64,000 nucleotides of DNA, from sequence record OP599913.1, one strand, 5' to 3'. The translations under genes were made by a program, and so were the position numbers. The first letter of the stretch is position 1. Each line of letters begins with the position of its first letter. Positions 47,267-56,582 of this stretch are shown here, one piece after another. The notes below the pieces were generated by a model. The model saw nothing but the letters and a program-made list of their open reading frames with translations. It ran no database searches and was not told the DNA's origin.

Positions 47267-47761
47267 ATGTTTTACAGTCAATTGGAAGTGGTAGAAGCCG
47301 TTCAACGGTTCTCTGAGGCTCATAACACCCCATTGGATAAGATCGCTATTGGCGGAGGTGGGGCTATCATGCTCATGGGGGGTCGTGAAACCACCTATGA
47401 TTTGAACATTTGGGTGGACAGTCCGTTCTTTGAACGCATTGCTGAAACCCAGAACGCTCTCCTCAGTCCTATGAGAGACAACGTGTTCCGCATTGAAACG
47501 ACTATTGATTCCATGGATCAAACCGATCACGTCACCACACGCCGCCATTACTGGGTGCGTAAACGTAACCTCTATTTCCCCACCGTTCCTGTTAAGCTGG
47601 ATCAATGTCCTGAGGTATACATCTTTGATACGATGTCACTGTTGATTCAGAAACGCGGGAGTTACAGTCAACCTGAACGAGGACTCCGTCGTAAACAGGA
47701 TTACAGCGACATCTGTTTCTTGAATGCGTTGCTAAAGGAAGAACACAAAGTCAGGGCTTAA
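47267..47761 (+). CDS. Second nucleotidyltransferase-fold paralogue with altered motif (DLN)
   Basis: 'IAIGGGGAIMLMGGRETTYDLNIWV', 'KQDYSDI'. Confidence 0.65.
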   Translation: MFYSQLEVVEAVQRFSEAHNTPLDKIAIGGGGAIMLMGGRETTYDLNIWVDSPFFERIAETQNALLSPMRDNVFRIETTIDSMDQTDHVTTRRHYWVRKRNLYFPTVPVKLDQCPEVYIFDTMSLLIQKRGSYSQPERGLRRKQDYSDICFLNALLKEEHKVRA

Positions 47762-47829
47762 CCTTAGGACAGTACCAGGGGATCACTCCCCTGGTACGTC
47801 TTCCTCTTTATACGGTTTAGGAGATCACA

Positions 47830-49800
47830 ATGGGTAAACACTCGCCTGTTGAACGGATTAAATACCTCCATGAACAACTGACGTATCACGCCCATCTCTA
47901 TTTCGTCGAGAACCGGAACGAGATCTCTGATGAAGCGTATGATGTGTTGGAGCAAGAACTCAATGAGTTGTACGACCGATACCCTGAAATAGCGGCTAAG
48001 TTCGATTTCTATAATCGTCCCGTTCCTATTCATGAACCCTCCGGGGAAGCCATTCAACCAATACGGTTCGAGGAACCCATGCTCAGCTTGAAGAAAGCCT
48101 TGAGTGTGGAGGAAGCGGACACGTTCCTGTTGAAGTTCCCGGATGGTACAAACTTCTTTTACGAAGAGAAACTGGATGGGTTGGCCCTGGAGCTGGTGTA
48201 TGAACAGGGACAACTGGTCAGTATGAGTACCCGGGGATCTGGATTAGTCGGGGAAGATGTGACGCATTCCATAGTTCTCTTCGATGAAGCCACACTTCCT
48301 CGTGCCTTAAGGACGCTTCCTGATCGTCATAAACCCCAGGGGGATCGATTGGTTATTCGGGGTGAAGGGTACATCAGTCTGGAACGCTTCGATTCTCTGA
48401 ATGAAACAGGGAGTAAACGGTCCAATCCCCGTAATGCCGTGAGTGGGTGGGTGCGGTCCCTCCCTCAGAACCAACGGGAGGATATCCGAGGAACGCTGTA
48501 CTTCGCGGCGTATTACGCCAGTGATCGATTGGGGACGAAGGCCTATTCTGAATTGAGACAGGTTCTCTTAGGTTTAGGGTTTGGTGTTCCTGAATCTAGG
48601 GATTGGATTGCAATCTCAGAGAACCGGAGGGGGAACATTCGTCCGGTGGATGGGATTGTGATTAAAGTCGACAAGTTCAAGGAACAAGAGGCCAGTGGAA
48701 ATGGGAGTAAATTCCCTCACTGGGCGATTGCTTACAAGTTCCCTGCGGAAGAAGCGTTGACCCAAGTTGAAGGCTGTATTTGGAACACCTCTCGGTTTGG
48801 TCGGGTAGTTCCGGTGGTCCAGTATACCCCTGTAACGATCCAAGGGGTTATCTGTCAGTGTGCATCGTTGGATAACTACGGTTCGTTTATGGACTTAGGG
48901 TTATCAATCGGGGATCGGATTGTTATTACCCGGAACAACGATGTGATCCCTCGGTTGAACCGGGTGGAGGAGTGTGGGGAAGGAGACCTCCTAGAAGCGC
49001 CTACAAGCTGTCCTAGCTGCGATTCTCTCCTAGAGGTAGTGGTGGGTAGGGACAGTTCCGAACTCGTCTGTAATAACGTCGCAGAGTGCCCTGCGCAGAT
49101 TGTTATGCGGTGCGTAACGACGTTTGATAAGTTTGGACTGGATGTAGACGGTTTAGGACCCGTTAAGGTCAGTGAATTGGTTGAGAAAGGATGGGTTAAG
49201 CAACCAGCTGACATCCTTACCCTTCCGGAAGGCATTAAGGATCAATGCCTCACCCCGACGACTCGAAGGGGGTTGGAGTGCGTCCTTCAGGAACCGGTTC
49301 CTTTACATCGCTTCTTAAAGGCGTTGGGTATCCCGGATATTGGAATCACTTTGGCTAAACGCCTAGCCAACGCCATCCCTAAAGGGAAGATCGAAGAATC
49401 CCTTACCAATCCTAAGTTCCTACAAAGTGTACGAGGGGTTTCAGTGGGGATTGCTTATCGGGTCGTGAACGCGTTTGACTCCCCGGTCTTTAAAGACAAC
49501 TTCCACGCCCTAAAAGGTTTGTTAACTCTCCAGTACACCGGAACGCAGGACGACTGCATTAAAGTCTGTATTACCGGCAACATTGGACCTTCCCGAGGAG
49601 AACTCTGTAACCTGTTCGCTAAGGAAGGGATTGAACTCAGTGATCGGCTTACTCAGGACTGTGCCTTCGTCATTGTGGGTGATCGTCCTGGTAAATCGAA
49701 ACTGTTAATTGCAACCGAATCGGGTATACCTATGCTAATTGCAAAGGATTACTCGAGCATCGACTCCCTCATTCAGTTCATTAAAGGACACCGAGAATGA
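47830..49800 (+). CDS. ligA: NAD+-dependent DNA ligase
   Basis: 'EEKLDG', 'IRGE', 'DGIVIK', 'AIAYKF', Cys4 zinc finger, HhH, C-terminal BRCT. Confidence 0.95.
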   Translation: MGKHSPVERIKYLHEQLTYHAHLYFVENRNEISDEAYDVLEQELNELYDRYPEIAAKFDFYNRPVPIHEPSGEAIQPIRFEEPMLSLKKALSVEEADTFLLKFPDGTNFFYEEKLDGLALELVYEQGQLVSMSTRGSGLVGEDVTHSIVLFDEATLPRALRTLPDRHKPQGDRLVIRGEGYISLERFDSLNETGSKRSNPRNAVSGWVRSLPQNQREDIRGTLYFAAYYASDRLGTKAYSELRQVLLGLGFGVPESRDWIAISENRRGNIRPVDGIVIKVDKFKEQEASGNGSKFPHWAIAYKFPAEEALTQVEGCIWNTSRFGRVVPVVQYTPVTIQGVICQCASLDNYGSFMDLGLSIGDRIVITRNNDVIPRLNRVEECGEGDLLEAPTSCPSCDSLLEVVVGRDSSELVCNNVAECPAQIVMRCVTTFDKFGLDVDGLGPVKVSELVEKGWVKQPADILTLPEGIKDQCLTPTTRRGLECVLQEPVPLHRFLKALGIPDIGITLAKRLANAIPKGKIEESLTNPKFLQSVRGVSVGIAYRVVNAFDSPVFKDNFHALKGLLTLQYTGTQDDCIKVCITGNIGPSRGELCNLFAKEGIELSDRLTQDCAFVIVGDRPGKSKLLIATESGIPMLIAKDYSSIDSLIQFIKGHRE

Positions 49801-51104
49801 CTGTTAAAACCGACACCAACGACCAACAACACACTACCACTGACCCGGTAGTAGCAATGAAACTCAAGAAGGCCGAGAAGGCTTTGAAACACTCCAAGGA
49901 ACTGGGTAAGAAGATGAAACACGACAAGGAACAGTCGGATAAGAAATCCATTACCCAACCCACTGAGAATAAAGAACACCGTTCCGCCCCTGAGCCTTCT
50001 AAGCCCAAGGTGGTGGTTGACGGTAAGGAACTGGTGGCTCTCGATACCAAGCCGTACGGCGAATGGATCCGTTCCAGAGAAGGCCGTGAGATTCTTGGGA
50101 ATAAATACTGGTCAGTAGGTGTAACCGCGGAAATCGACCTCTTCTCTCATTTCAAGACGACTCTTTACGGTGTTGAACTTGATCTCTTGGTCGACTCCTA
50201 TTCTGAAGTTACGCTGGAAACCCCTGCTGACGTTCCTTTCCTTAACGTCAGTAAGCGTAAGGGGAGTGCTGTGGTAGTCAACTCGGTGGTTAATCGTTGT
50301 GAGTTTGAAGGGGAGAATTGCCTTCTGAATGTCGAGATTAACGACTGTGCAGTTAACAACAGCAGTGTCGCTCGTACACGGTCGATGGTGTTGCGACCAA
50401 TCGACGAACTGATCGACTTCCCAAAAAGAGCGGATGTATTTAGACGAGGGGTCGATCAACGTGCTCGGTACAACGACTGCCGTTTCATCGAATCCGAGAT
50501 TAAAGATTCTCCCATCAATGGCAAGGGCTTAGTGAAAGAGTCGTATGTGGATCGTACCCACATTACCGCTGGGAAGTTTGCCATCGTTAAATCGCATCTT
50601 ACCGTCACCACCCTCACCGCATCCATGCTGTCTCTCTCGAAAGCTTACCTTCATGGTTGTTACTTGAGCGTTTCTGAAACGCTGATCCTTCGCAACTTCA
50701 CCCTCCGGAATAAGACGCTTTACATGAGGTCACTCTACGCGCCTAATAAACTGGGTCTTACGGAGATCGAACTTCCGTTCCATCCTCAAAATCTTATTCT
50801 GCACCGCACCTCAAAAACACAGTATGTAATCTCCATCCGCTCGGGTGGTTCGTCCGGCCTTGAACTGGGGAGCGACGTAACTTGGGAAGAACTCAGTGAA
50901 AAACTGGGTGAACTCTTGATAAAAACCCCGATGGTCAATAACGAGATCTCTGAAGACGGACTCCTCTTCAAAAGCATCTTGAATTATGCCCTGAAGTCGG
51001 TGATTTCTCGGATGAAGATCATCAAGTTGATGGACGATGTGATGGCTGTTAACCGTAGTATCACATCAGATTTCGAGGATCCTGAGTCCATCCCGTATTG
51101 TTAA
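49797..51104 (+). CDS. Hypothetical protein (Lys-rich N-terminus, beta-helix-like centre)
   Basis: 435 aa; overlaps the ligase stop (ATGA). Confidence 0.75.
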   Translation: MTVKTDTNDQQHTTTDPVVAMKLKKAEKALKHSKELGKKMKHDKEQSDKKSITQPTENKEHRSAPEPSKPKVVVDGKELVALDTKPYGEWIRSREGREILGNKYWSVGVTAEIDLFSHFKTTLYGVELDLLVDSYSEVTLETPADVPFLNVSKRKGSAVVVNSVVNRCEFEGENCLLNVEINDCAVNNSSVARTRSMVLRPIDELIDFPKRADVFRRGVDQRARYNDCRFIESEIKDSPINGKGLVKESYVDRTHITAGKFAIVKSHLTVTTLTASMLSLSKAYLHGCYLSVSETLILRNFTLRNKTLYMRSLYAPNKLGLTEIELPFHPQNLILHRTSKTQYVISIRSGGSSGLELGSDVTWEELSEKLGELLIKTPMVNNEISEDGLLFKSILNYALKSVISRMKIIKLMDDVMAVNRSITSDFEDPESIPYC

Positions 51105-51112
51105 TACACAAC

Positions 51113-51147
51113 ACCTTACTCCCCAGGTAATCCTGGGGAGTGAGGGT
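51113..51147 (+). terminator. Terminator-like hairpin
   Basis: ACCTTACTCCCCAGG / CCTGGGGAGTGAGGG then TTT. Confidence 0.65.
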
Positions 51148-51184
51148 TTAATTGCCTACTTACCTGTAAAAGGGAGGTTAACGA

Positions 51185-51676
51185 ATGTCCAAAACAAAGA
51201 GGAATGACCGATATGTCATTTATACCGATGGGAGTGCGTTAGGGAATCCAGGTCCAGGCGGTTACGGTGTTTACGCTAAATACAAAGGGGAAGAATTTGC
51301 CCTGAGTAAAGGGTATTACAAAACCACTAACAACCGCCAAGAACTCATGAGTGTGATTGCAGCGCTGGAAGAGTTCGGTCCTAATATCAAAGTGGACATC
51401 TTCACGGACTCCCAATACGTCATTAAGTGTGCTACTAAATGGATGAGAGGATGGATACGGAACAACTGGATGGGGTATAACTCTGGGCAACCGGTTAAGA
51501 ACCGGGATCTGTTGGAAGTCCTCAATGAACTCTTGAAGAAGAATAAGGTAAAGTTCCATTGGGTTAAAGGTCACTCTGGGGATGAAGGGAATGAAAAGGC
51601 AGACCAATTAGCCAAGGATGCTGCCAATAATCCGGAAGCCCACGATATGGAATACATGAAAGTCTTAGGGTTCTAA
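51185..51676 (+). CDS. rnhA: Ribonuclease HI
   Basis: 'IYTDGSALGNPGPGG', 'TTNNRQEL', 'TDSQYV', 'WVKGHSG...NEKADQLA'. Confidence 0.95.
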   Translation: MSKTKRNDRYVIYTDGSALGNPGPGGYGVYAKYKGEEFALSKGYYKTTNNRQELMSVIAALEEFGPNIKVDIFTDSQYVIKCATKWMRGWIRNNWMGYNSGQPVKNRDLLEVLNELLKKNKVKFHWVKGHSGDEGNEKADQLAKDAANNPEAHDMEYMKVLGF

Positions 51677-51701
51677 TCAATCAACCGTGGAGATTAACAC
51701 T

Positions 51702-52940
51702 ATGAAAAGCTTTATTGATGTATCGGTAGTAGAAGATGGGGGCAAACAATTCCTCTTCGGTATTACTGCGAATCAAAAGACGGGACGACCCGAAGTCGTA
51801 GGACATACCGATCCTGATTATTTCAGAGAGGGTGTTGACCGTGTGTTTGAACAGCTTATCCGGGAAGAACAAAGAAAGGAAGCGGATATTAAACTCCAGT
51901 TGGCCTTTATTAAGGCGGTCAAGGAACACCCCGGTAAACAACTGCAACTCACGCTTTGCTACAGCGCAAATGGACCGTCGGCTGGAGAATTTTATTGGGT
52001 GGAGGATCGGTGTTATACAGTTGACGGAGTGTCCTTCCTATCGAAAGCACCGGTATGCATCTATCATAAGAACTGTCTGGACGGTACTGCGGCAGCTTGG
52101 GCGGTAAGAAGCGCGCTCCCCTTGGTTGAATTGGTGGCTATGAGTTATCATGATGATCCGTACGAACTCTTTGGTTCGGGGTTGGAGTATCTACAAGGGA
52201 GAATGGTCTATTGTGTTGATTTCAGTTTTAAGAAAGCGGTTGTAGAAGCGATTGCTAATTTACCGGATACAAGCTTGCTGATCTTGGATCATCACGAGAG
52301 TGCTCAACGGGAACTGGGTGAACTCGTCGTTGGTTATTCCGGGAAATCAACGCTGGGTGATCGGGTTGAGATTATCATCGATATGACACGTTCAGGCGCT
52401 AAGTTGTCGTACGACTACTTCCACCCTCAACAACCGACGCCTCCGGGTATTCTGGCAGTACAAGATCGGGATCTGTGGAAATGGGAGTACGAAGGCAGTA
52501 AGGAATGGACCGCAGCCGCCTTTGGGTATCCCCTCACCGTTGAGAGTTTCGATAAACTGATTCATCGGGATTACCAAGACGTGGTAGAAGAAGGTCGTAC
52601 AGTCCTTCGTAAGCAGGAATTGGATGTTGAGAAACTGCTCCCGAGTGCGCGGCCTTACACGTTGGAGGGTTACAACTGCTTGATTGTTAATGCCAGTTAT
52701 TTCCACGCCAGTGACGTAGGGGATAAACTGAAGGGTCGAGACGGCATTGACTTTGTAGTCACTTACATGGATGGTAAGGATAGCCGTATCTTCTCTCTAC
52801 GGGGTAAGGATAAAGTGAACCTAGCGGAAGTGGCTGAACGTTTTGGAGGAGGCGGTCATCCTAACGCAGCAGGGTTTTCACTCTCCTACGACGATCCCCG
52901 TTTCTCCCAGTCACACCTGTCACTGTATTCCGGTACTTAA
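51702..52940 (+). CDS. DHH/DHHA1 phosphoesterase with about 110-aa N-terminal extension
   Basis: 'IYHKNCLDG', 'CVDF', 'ILDHH', 'DRDLW', 'GGGGHPNAAG'. Confidence 0.88.
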   Translation: MKSFIDVSVVEDGGKQFLFGITANQKTGRPEVVGHTDPDYFREGVDRVFEQLIREEQRKEADIKLQLAFIKAVKEHPGKQLQLTLCYSANGPSAGEFYWVEDRCYTVDGVSFLSKAPVCIYHKNCLDGTAAAWAVRSALPLVELVAMSYHDDPYELFGSGLEYLQGRMVYCVDFSFKKAVVEAIANLPDTSLLILDHHESAQRELGELVVGYSGKSTLGDRVEIIIDMTRSGAKLSYDYFHPQQPTPPGILAVQDRDLWKWEYEGSKEWTAAAFGYPLTVESFDKLIHRDYQDVVEEGRTVLRKQELDVEKLLPSARPYTLEGYNCLIVNASYFHASDVGDKLKGRDGIDFVVTYMDGKDSRIFSLRGKDKVNLAEVAERFGGGGHPNAAGFSLSYDDPRFSQSHLSLYSGT

Positions 52941-53108
52941 ATGGGCACTCACGCACTGTTCTTAATCATTGACCTGATAGGTAAATCCGTTTTTATTGGT
53001 GACTTAGTGACTCGCGTGGACGACCATCGACTTATGAAGTCTATCCGATATTTGGAGAATCGGAAGGTGATTAAAACAGTTACGGTTACTCAATGTTTAC
53101 GTAACTAA
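52941..53108 (+). CDS. Possible 55-aa protein (not in ORF track)
   Basis: TAA-ATG junction with the DHH gene; ends before terminator. Confidence 0.4.
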   Translation: MGTHALFLIIDLIGKSVFIGDLVTRVDDHRLMKSIRYLENRKVIKTVTVTQCLRN

Positions 53109-53127
53109 CAGGTATTCCATTTGATGG

Positions 53128-53175
53128 GGGGTGGTTAGTATACAAGCTAACCACCCTGTTCTCTCTATTTTTTTT
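53128..53175 (+). terminator. Intrinsic terminator
   Basis: GGGTGGTTAG / CTAACCACCC followed by a long T-rich tract. Confidence 0.7.
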
Positions 53176-53189
53176 TCGGGATAAGTGGA

Positions 53190-53615
53190 ATGAATAATTA
53201 CGGGTATGTGGATGTGTCCTTGGTAGGACCTGAAGTAGAGGAAATCTTTGGCTTGCTCTTGGAGTGTGGTATTGCACCGGCTGCGGAGTATAACCTGCAT
53301 TGTACCCTGATGTACGATGAACAGGCAGAAGAACCGCTGGTAAAACTGAATCCTGATGCGAAATTCACGGCCTACGTAACAGGGATTGATGTACTGGGAA
53401 GTGGGTTGGTGTTCAACCTTACCAGCAAAGACCTCGCCGATGAACACCGTAGGTTGAAAGACGGTGGATATACCCATTCCTTTGATGCCTTCTTACCGCA
53501 CATGTCTGTCACCTATGACTTCGATGAATACGACATGCTGAAAGTGAAGCAAGCGTTTGCAACCTGGGGTGGTCGACAACTCACCTTCAGTAAAGAATCG
53601 TTCGGAACCAAATAA
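53190..53615 (+). CDS. acb1: Acb1-like anti-CBASS 2H phosphoesterase (T4 gp57B family)
   Basis: Two HxT/S motifs 'LHCTLMYD' and 'PHMSVTYD'; 'LADEHRRLKDGGYTHSFDAFLPHMSV' parallels T4 Acb1 '[26 protein letters not shown]'. Confidence 0.8.
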   Translation: MNNYGYVDVSLVGPEVEEIFGLLLECGIAPAAEYNLHCTLMYDEQAEEPLVKLNPDAKFTAYVTGIDVLGSGLVFNLTSKDLADEHRRLKDGGYTHSFDAFLPHMSVTYDFDEYDMLKVKQAFATWGGRQLTFSKESFGTK

Positions 53616-53624
53616 GACCCGATA

Positions 53625-53654
53625 CTACCCCTACCCTTGACGGGGTAGGGGTAG
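53625..53654 (+). terminator. Terminator-like hairpin
   Basis: CTACCCCTACCCT / GGGGTAGGGGTAG. Confidence 0.7.
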
Positions 53655-53690
53655 GCTTAAGGGAGTAAAAAGTTAAGTTAAGGAATGAAA

Positions 53691-53716
53691 CAAACCTACA
53701 TAATCAGGGTGAATAG
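53691..53716 (+). promoter_or_regulatory. Early-type promoter variant plus conserved leader ATAATCAGGGTGAATAG
   Basis: CAAACCTACATAATC; 17 nt identical to 10335..10351. Confidence 0.65.
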
Positions 53717-53778
53717 ACAACGGGATTGTTTGCAGGTAAGTGACTTTCCCTTCTAAAGACAGAAAAAGGGTTATCAAG

Positions 53779-54993
53779 ATGAGCGTGACTACTGACTTCA
53801 ATGCCGCCCTGGCGAATGTCTTGAGTGACATCGGTGAAAAGACAAACCGTGAGGAGATCCTGTCGATCATTTACCACCACCTCTTCGACGAGACGCGTTT
53901 CAATAAATCAAAGCGTCCGTCTGCGCTGAAGAAGATCAACGAGGCAACTCGTTCCCGGTTTACGATGAACGACGTTCGTCACGCCGGTAAGAAACCGGAG
54001 AAGTTGATCGTAACGGATAAACTGTCCGGGCAAGTTGACATTCCCGTCCGTGTGATGGGTGAAGTGAATGAACAGGTCTCGCAGGCAGAGACTGTTCCGG
54101 TAACCCCCACTGAAACTGATGCAATGACCCACCTGGAGAACACCATGAAAGAAGAAAACCAACCGCTCGCCCAACAACTCCTGGAACGATCCCAAGGTGC
54201 CCGCGCCGCCTATGAAGAACAGGCGGGGGCTTCCAGCTGGTCCGACAGCAATGACAGCGACGAGGTCGTCGAGGTACTGGGGGTGACCTTCAAGGCCGAC
54301 AACATCCTGTCCTACACCATCGACGCCTGGCTGATCAACGGCGGTCTCCCGACTCACCTGAAGACCGAACTGGAAGAGCTCGTCAAGAGTCAAGACCACT
54401 CGTCCCCTGCGGGCGCGCTCCGTGCCTTCCTGGACGACCACCCCGAACTCAGCCAGGAGTTCATCAATCAATACAGCAAGGCGGTAAAAGACATCAACGC
54501 CACCGGCGTGGAAGCTGAAAAGGCGCGCCGTGATGCGGCTAAAGCCCAACGGCAAGCGCCGGGTACCTTCAAGGAACGTGTCGTCTACACCCTCCGGGGC
54601 GGTCGTGAAGAAGGCTTCGGTTCCGGCGCGGTGGCGGCTGCTGCGGCGATCATCGGCGGTGGTGTCGAAATGGCATCACGTGGGAATGTGAGCATCGGTT
54701 CGGTTGTGGGTACGGGGCTGGGTGCGGCGGCCGGTTACTTCGCGGCTGAGAAAGCAGAAGGCCTCATGAAGAGCGAACCGGGTCGTTACATCGTGAGTGG
54801 TTCGATCGGTCTGATCCTGGGTGGGGCGGGTTCCAACCTCGGACGTACCACTCAAGGCCTTCTGGGCTTCGGTCCTCAGCAGCCCCAAGGCGAGCCCGTA
54901 GCGACGGTTTCCGTTCGGGAGCAGGTCACGGCACAACCGGAACCGGTTCCTCAATCCCAGGGCATTCTGGCCACGGTAGCTGCCCTGTTCTAA
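53779..54993 (+). CDS. Protein with C-terminal glycine-zipper membrane domain related to 10417..10773
   Basis: ATG 53779; 'EEGFGSGAVAAAAAIIGGG...SIGSVVGTGLGAAAG'; strong codon bias. Confidence 0.8.
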   Translation: MSVTTDFNAALANVLSDIGEKTNREEILSIIYHHLFDETRFNKSKRPSALKKINEATRSRFTMNDVRHAGKKPEKLIVTDKLSGQVDIPVRVMGEVNEQVSQAETVPVTPTETDAMTHLENTMKEENQPLAQQLLERSQGARAAYEEQAGASSWSDSNDSDEVVEVLGVTFKADNILSYTIDAWLINGGLPTHLKTELEELVKSQDHSSPAGALRAFLDDHPELSQEFINQYSKAVKDINATGVEAEKARRDAAKAQRQAPGTFKERVVYTLRGGREEGFGSGAVAAAAAIIGGGVEMASRGNVSIGSVVGTGLGAAAGYFAAEKAEGLMKSEPGRYIVSGSIGLILGGAGSNLGRTTQGLLGFGPQQPQGEPVATVSVREQVTAQPEPVPQSQGILATVAALF

Positions 54994-55046
54994 GCAATAC
55001 GGAATAACAGCGAACATGATTAAACTCAGTTAATCGACTGACGGTG

Positions 55047-55080
55047 CTCGACTACGAGGGGTTATTCCCTCGTAGTTGGG
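55047..55080 (+). terminator. Terminator-like hairpin
   Basis: CTCGACTACGAGGG / CCCTCGTAGTTGGG, T-rich downstream. Confidence 0.7.
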
Positions 55081-55157
55081 TATTCGTTCTCTATTTTTTA
55101 ATACACCTACATCATTCTTGTGTAATGAGAGTGTTTATTTTTGTTAGAGGTAAGGTT

Positions 55158-55478
55158 GTGAACACATCCAACACACCACATAAACCCCTCCAGTTCAGCC
55201 ATCAGTTCTTCTACACCATGGGGTATAAGGCTGGGTACTACGGAGCTCCACTCGAATTCAAGGATTACTCCTTGTCTTCGTGCCAATTCAATTGCCTCTA
55301 CTTGGGGTATATCCACGGGTATTCTGAGAAGAGAAAGAAAGGGATTTGGAATTTCCTTAAGAATGTCTACCTTAAAGTGCGGTATAAAAGAACCCTTATT
55401 GGGGATTCCCAAGCCCAGTTTGAGAAGGACTATGGGCATATCCCCCAGATTCGTTATCACCTTAATCCATCTGAATAA
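55158..55478 (+). CDS. Hypothetical protein
   Basis: GTG 55158 after AGAGGTAAGG; degenerate promoter motif at about 55096-55116. Confidence 0.55.
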   Translation: MNTSNTPHKPLQFSHQFFYTMGYKAGYYGAPLEFKDYSLSSCQFNCLYLGYIHGYSEKRKKGIWNFLKNVYLKVRYKRTLIGDSQAQFEKDYGHIPQIRYHLNPSE

Positions 55479-55493
55479 GCGAGGTTGATATTA

Positions 55494-56093
55494 ATGGACG
55501 CATATGTCAACGATCCAACGCTCCCTAACTTCGATCAAGAGATCCGAGCGCTCCAATACCTTAAAGACCATTTTACCCGTAATCCCAAGAAGATGAAGAA
55601 GGTGTGTCTGAGGATGTTGCCTGAACTCCCTGGGTTCATTAGGGACGCCTTTATTAACAACATTATTCTGGGGAAAGATCCTATTCACTGGCTGGAACAC
55701 GCATTCGCTGAAATGGACCAGTATCCTGTCTTAATGAAACAGTTCATTGAGGAAGGGAACCATGGGATGATCTTTGATAAGGGAACCCTCTATGGTTTCA
55801 GCCTGAAGACCAACCCGAAGTGGTTGAGTAACCAAGATGGGGAATGGGACCCTGAGGAGGAACAGGCGATTATCGATCAGGCGCTGAATGCATGGATGGT
55901 TAAGGAGCGTCGTCGAAGCTTCCGAGGGCGTATTGTGCTCTTCCAAGACTTTGGGTTCTCCGGGATTACGTTCCTGGTCGATCACGCTTTTACGGATGAA
56001 TACTGGGAGGAATGTCAGAAACAATGGGAACTGGAGGATAAACGCCAGTTGGATCAAGAACTTAGGGTACTTCTTTCTAAGGCAGGTTGTTGA
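55494..56093 (+). CDS. Hypothetical protein
   Basis: ATG 55494 with GAGG RBS, 199 aa. Confidence 0.7.
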   Translation: MDAYVNDPTLPNFDQEIRALQYLKDHFTRNPKKMKKVCLRMLPELPGFIRDAFINNIILGKDPIHWLEHAFAEMDQYPVLMKQFIEEGNHGMIFDKGTLYGFSLKTNPKWLSNQDGEWDPEEEQAIIDQALNAWMVKERRRSFRGRIVLFQDFGFSGITFLVDHAFTDEYWEECQKQWELEDKRQLDQELRVLLSKAGC

Positions 56094-56207
56094 GCATCAC
56101 AGTCTGCGGAACAACATCTTCTCGCAGGGCGAGGATTACCTCAAAGCCCGCAAATCCACCACTCAGGGTCTTGTTACCTTGAACATCAGCTGTAAGGAGC
56201 TTAAGTA

Positions 56208-56582
56208 ATGCAATACACCCAAGAGAGTTTGGCCGAGACTCCAATGGAACAACGTATCGAAGCGATGCTGTTCGGACTCCAAACCCTGACCTTCCAAATG
56301 AACACCTCGATCGTCGAGTTCTACATCGGCGAGGTCAAGCTGAAAGCGCAGCCGGGTGCTCTGGTCGCTGACATCGTCGTCGAGCGCGATGGTGAACCGC
56401 TGGTGCATTACCGCGCCCGTTCCGAAGGCACCACCATTTCGATACCGAAGTCCAGTGTCAGTGAGCAGAAACTCATCGAGTACCTCGAGAAGTTCTCGGT
56501 CATGGTGATCTACGCTATTCACCGTGCGTTTATCAAGGAACATTGCGATAACCGCACTACCCTCATCCCTCCCCAAGAGTAA
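56208..56582 (+). CDS. Hypothetical protein
   Basis: 124 aa, AAGGAG RBS, biased codons. Confidence 0.75.
   Translation: MQYTQESLAETPMEQRIEAMLFGLQTLTFQMNTSIVEFYIGEVKLKAQPGALVADIVVERDGEPLVHYRARSEGTTISIPKSSVSEQKLIEYLEKFSVMVIYAIHRAFIKEHCDNRTTLIPPQE

Noticed and set aside
53908-54555. 215-aa antisense ORF; likewise 8629..9558, 19668..20327, 27063..28253 and 62987..63766
   Set aside because: All lie opposite well-supported + strand genes and lack RBS or motifs; explained by codon bias or repeats
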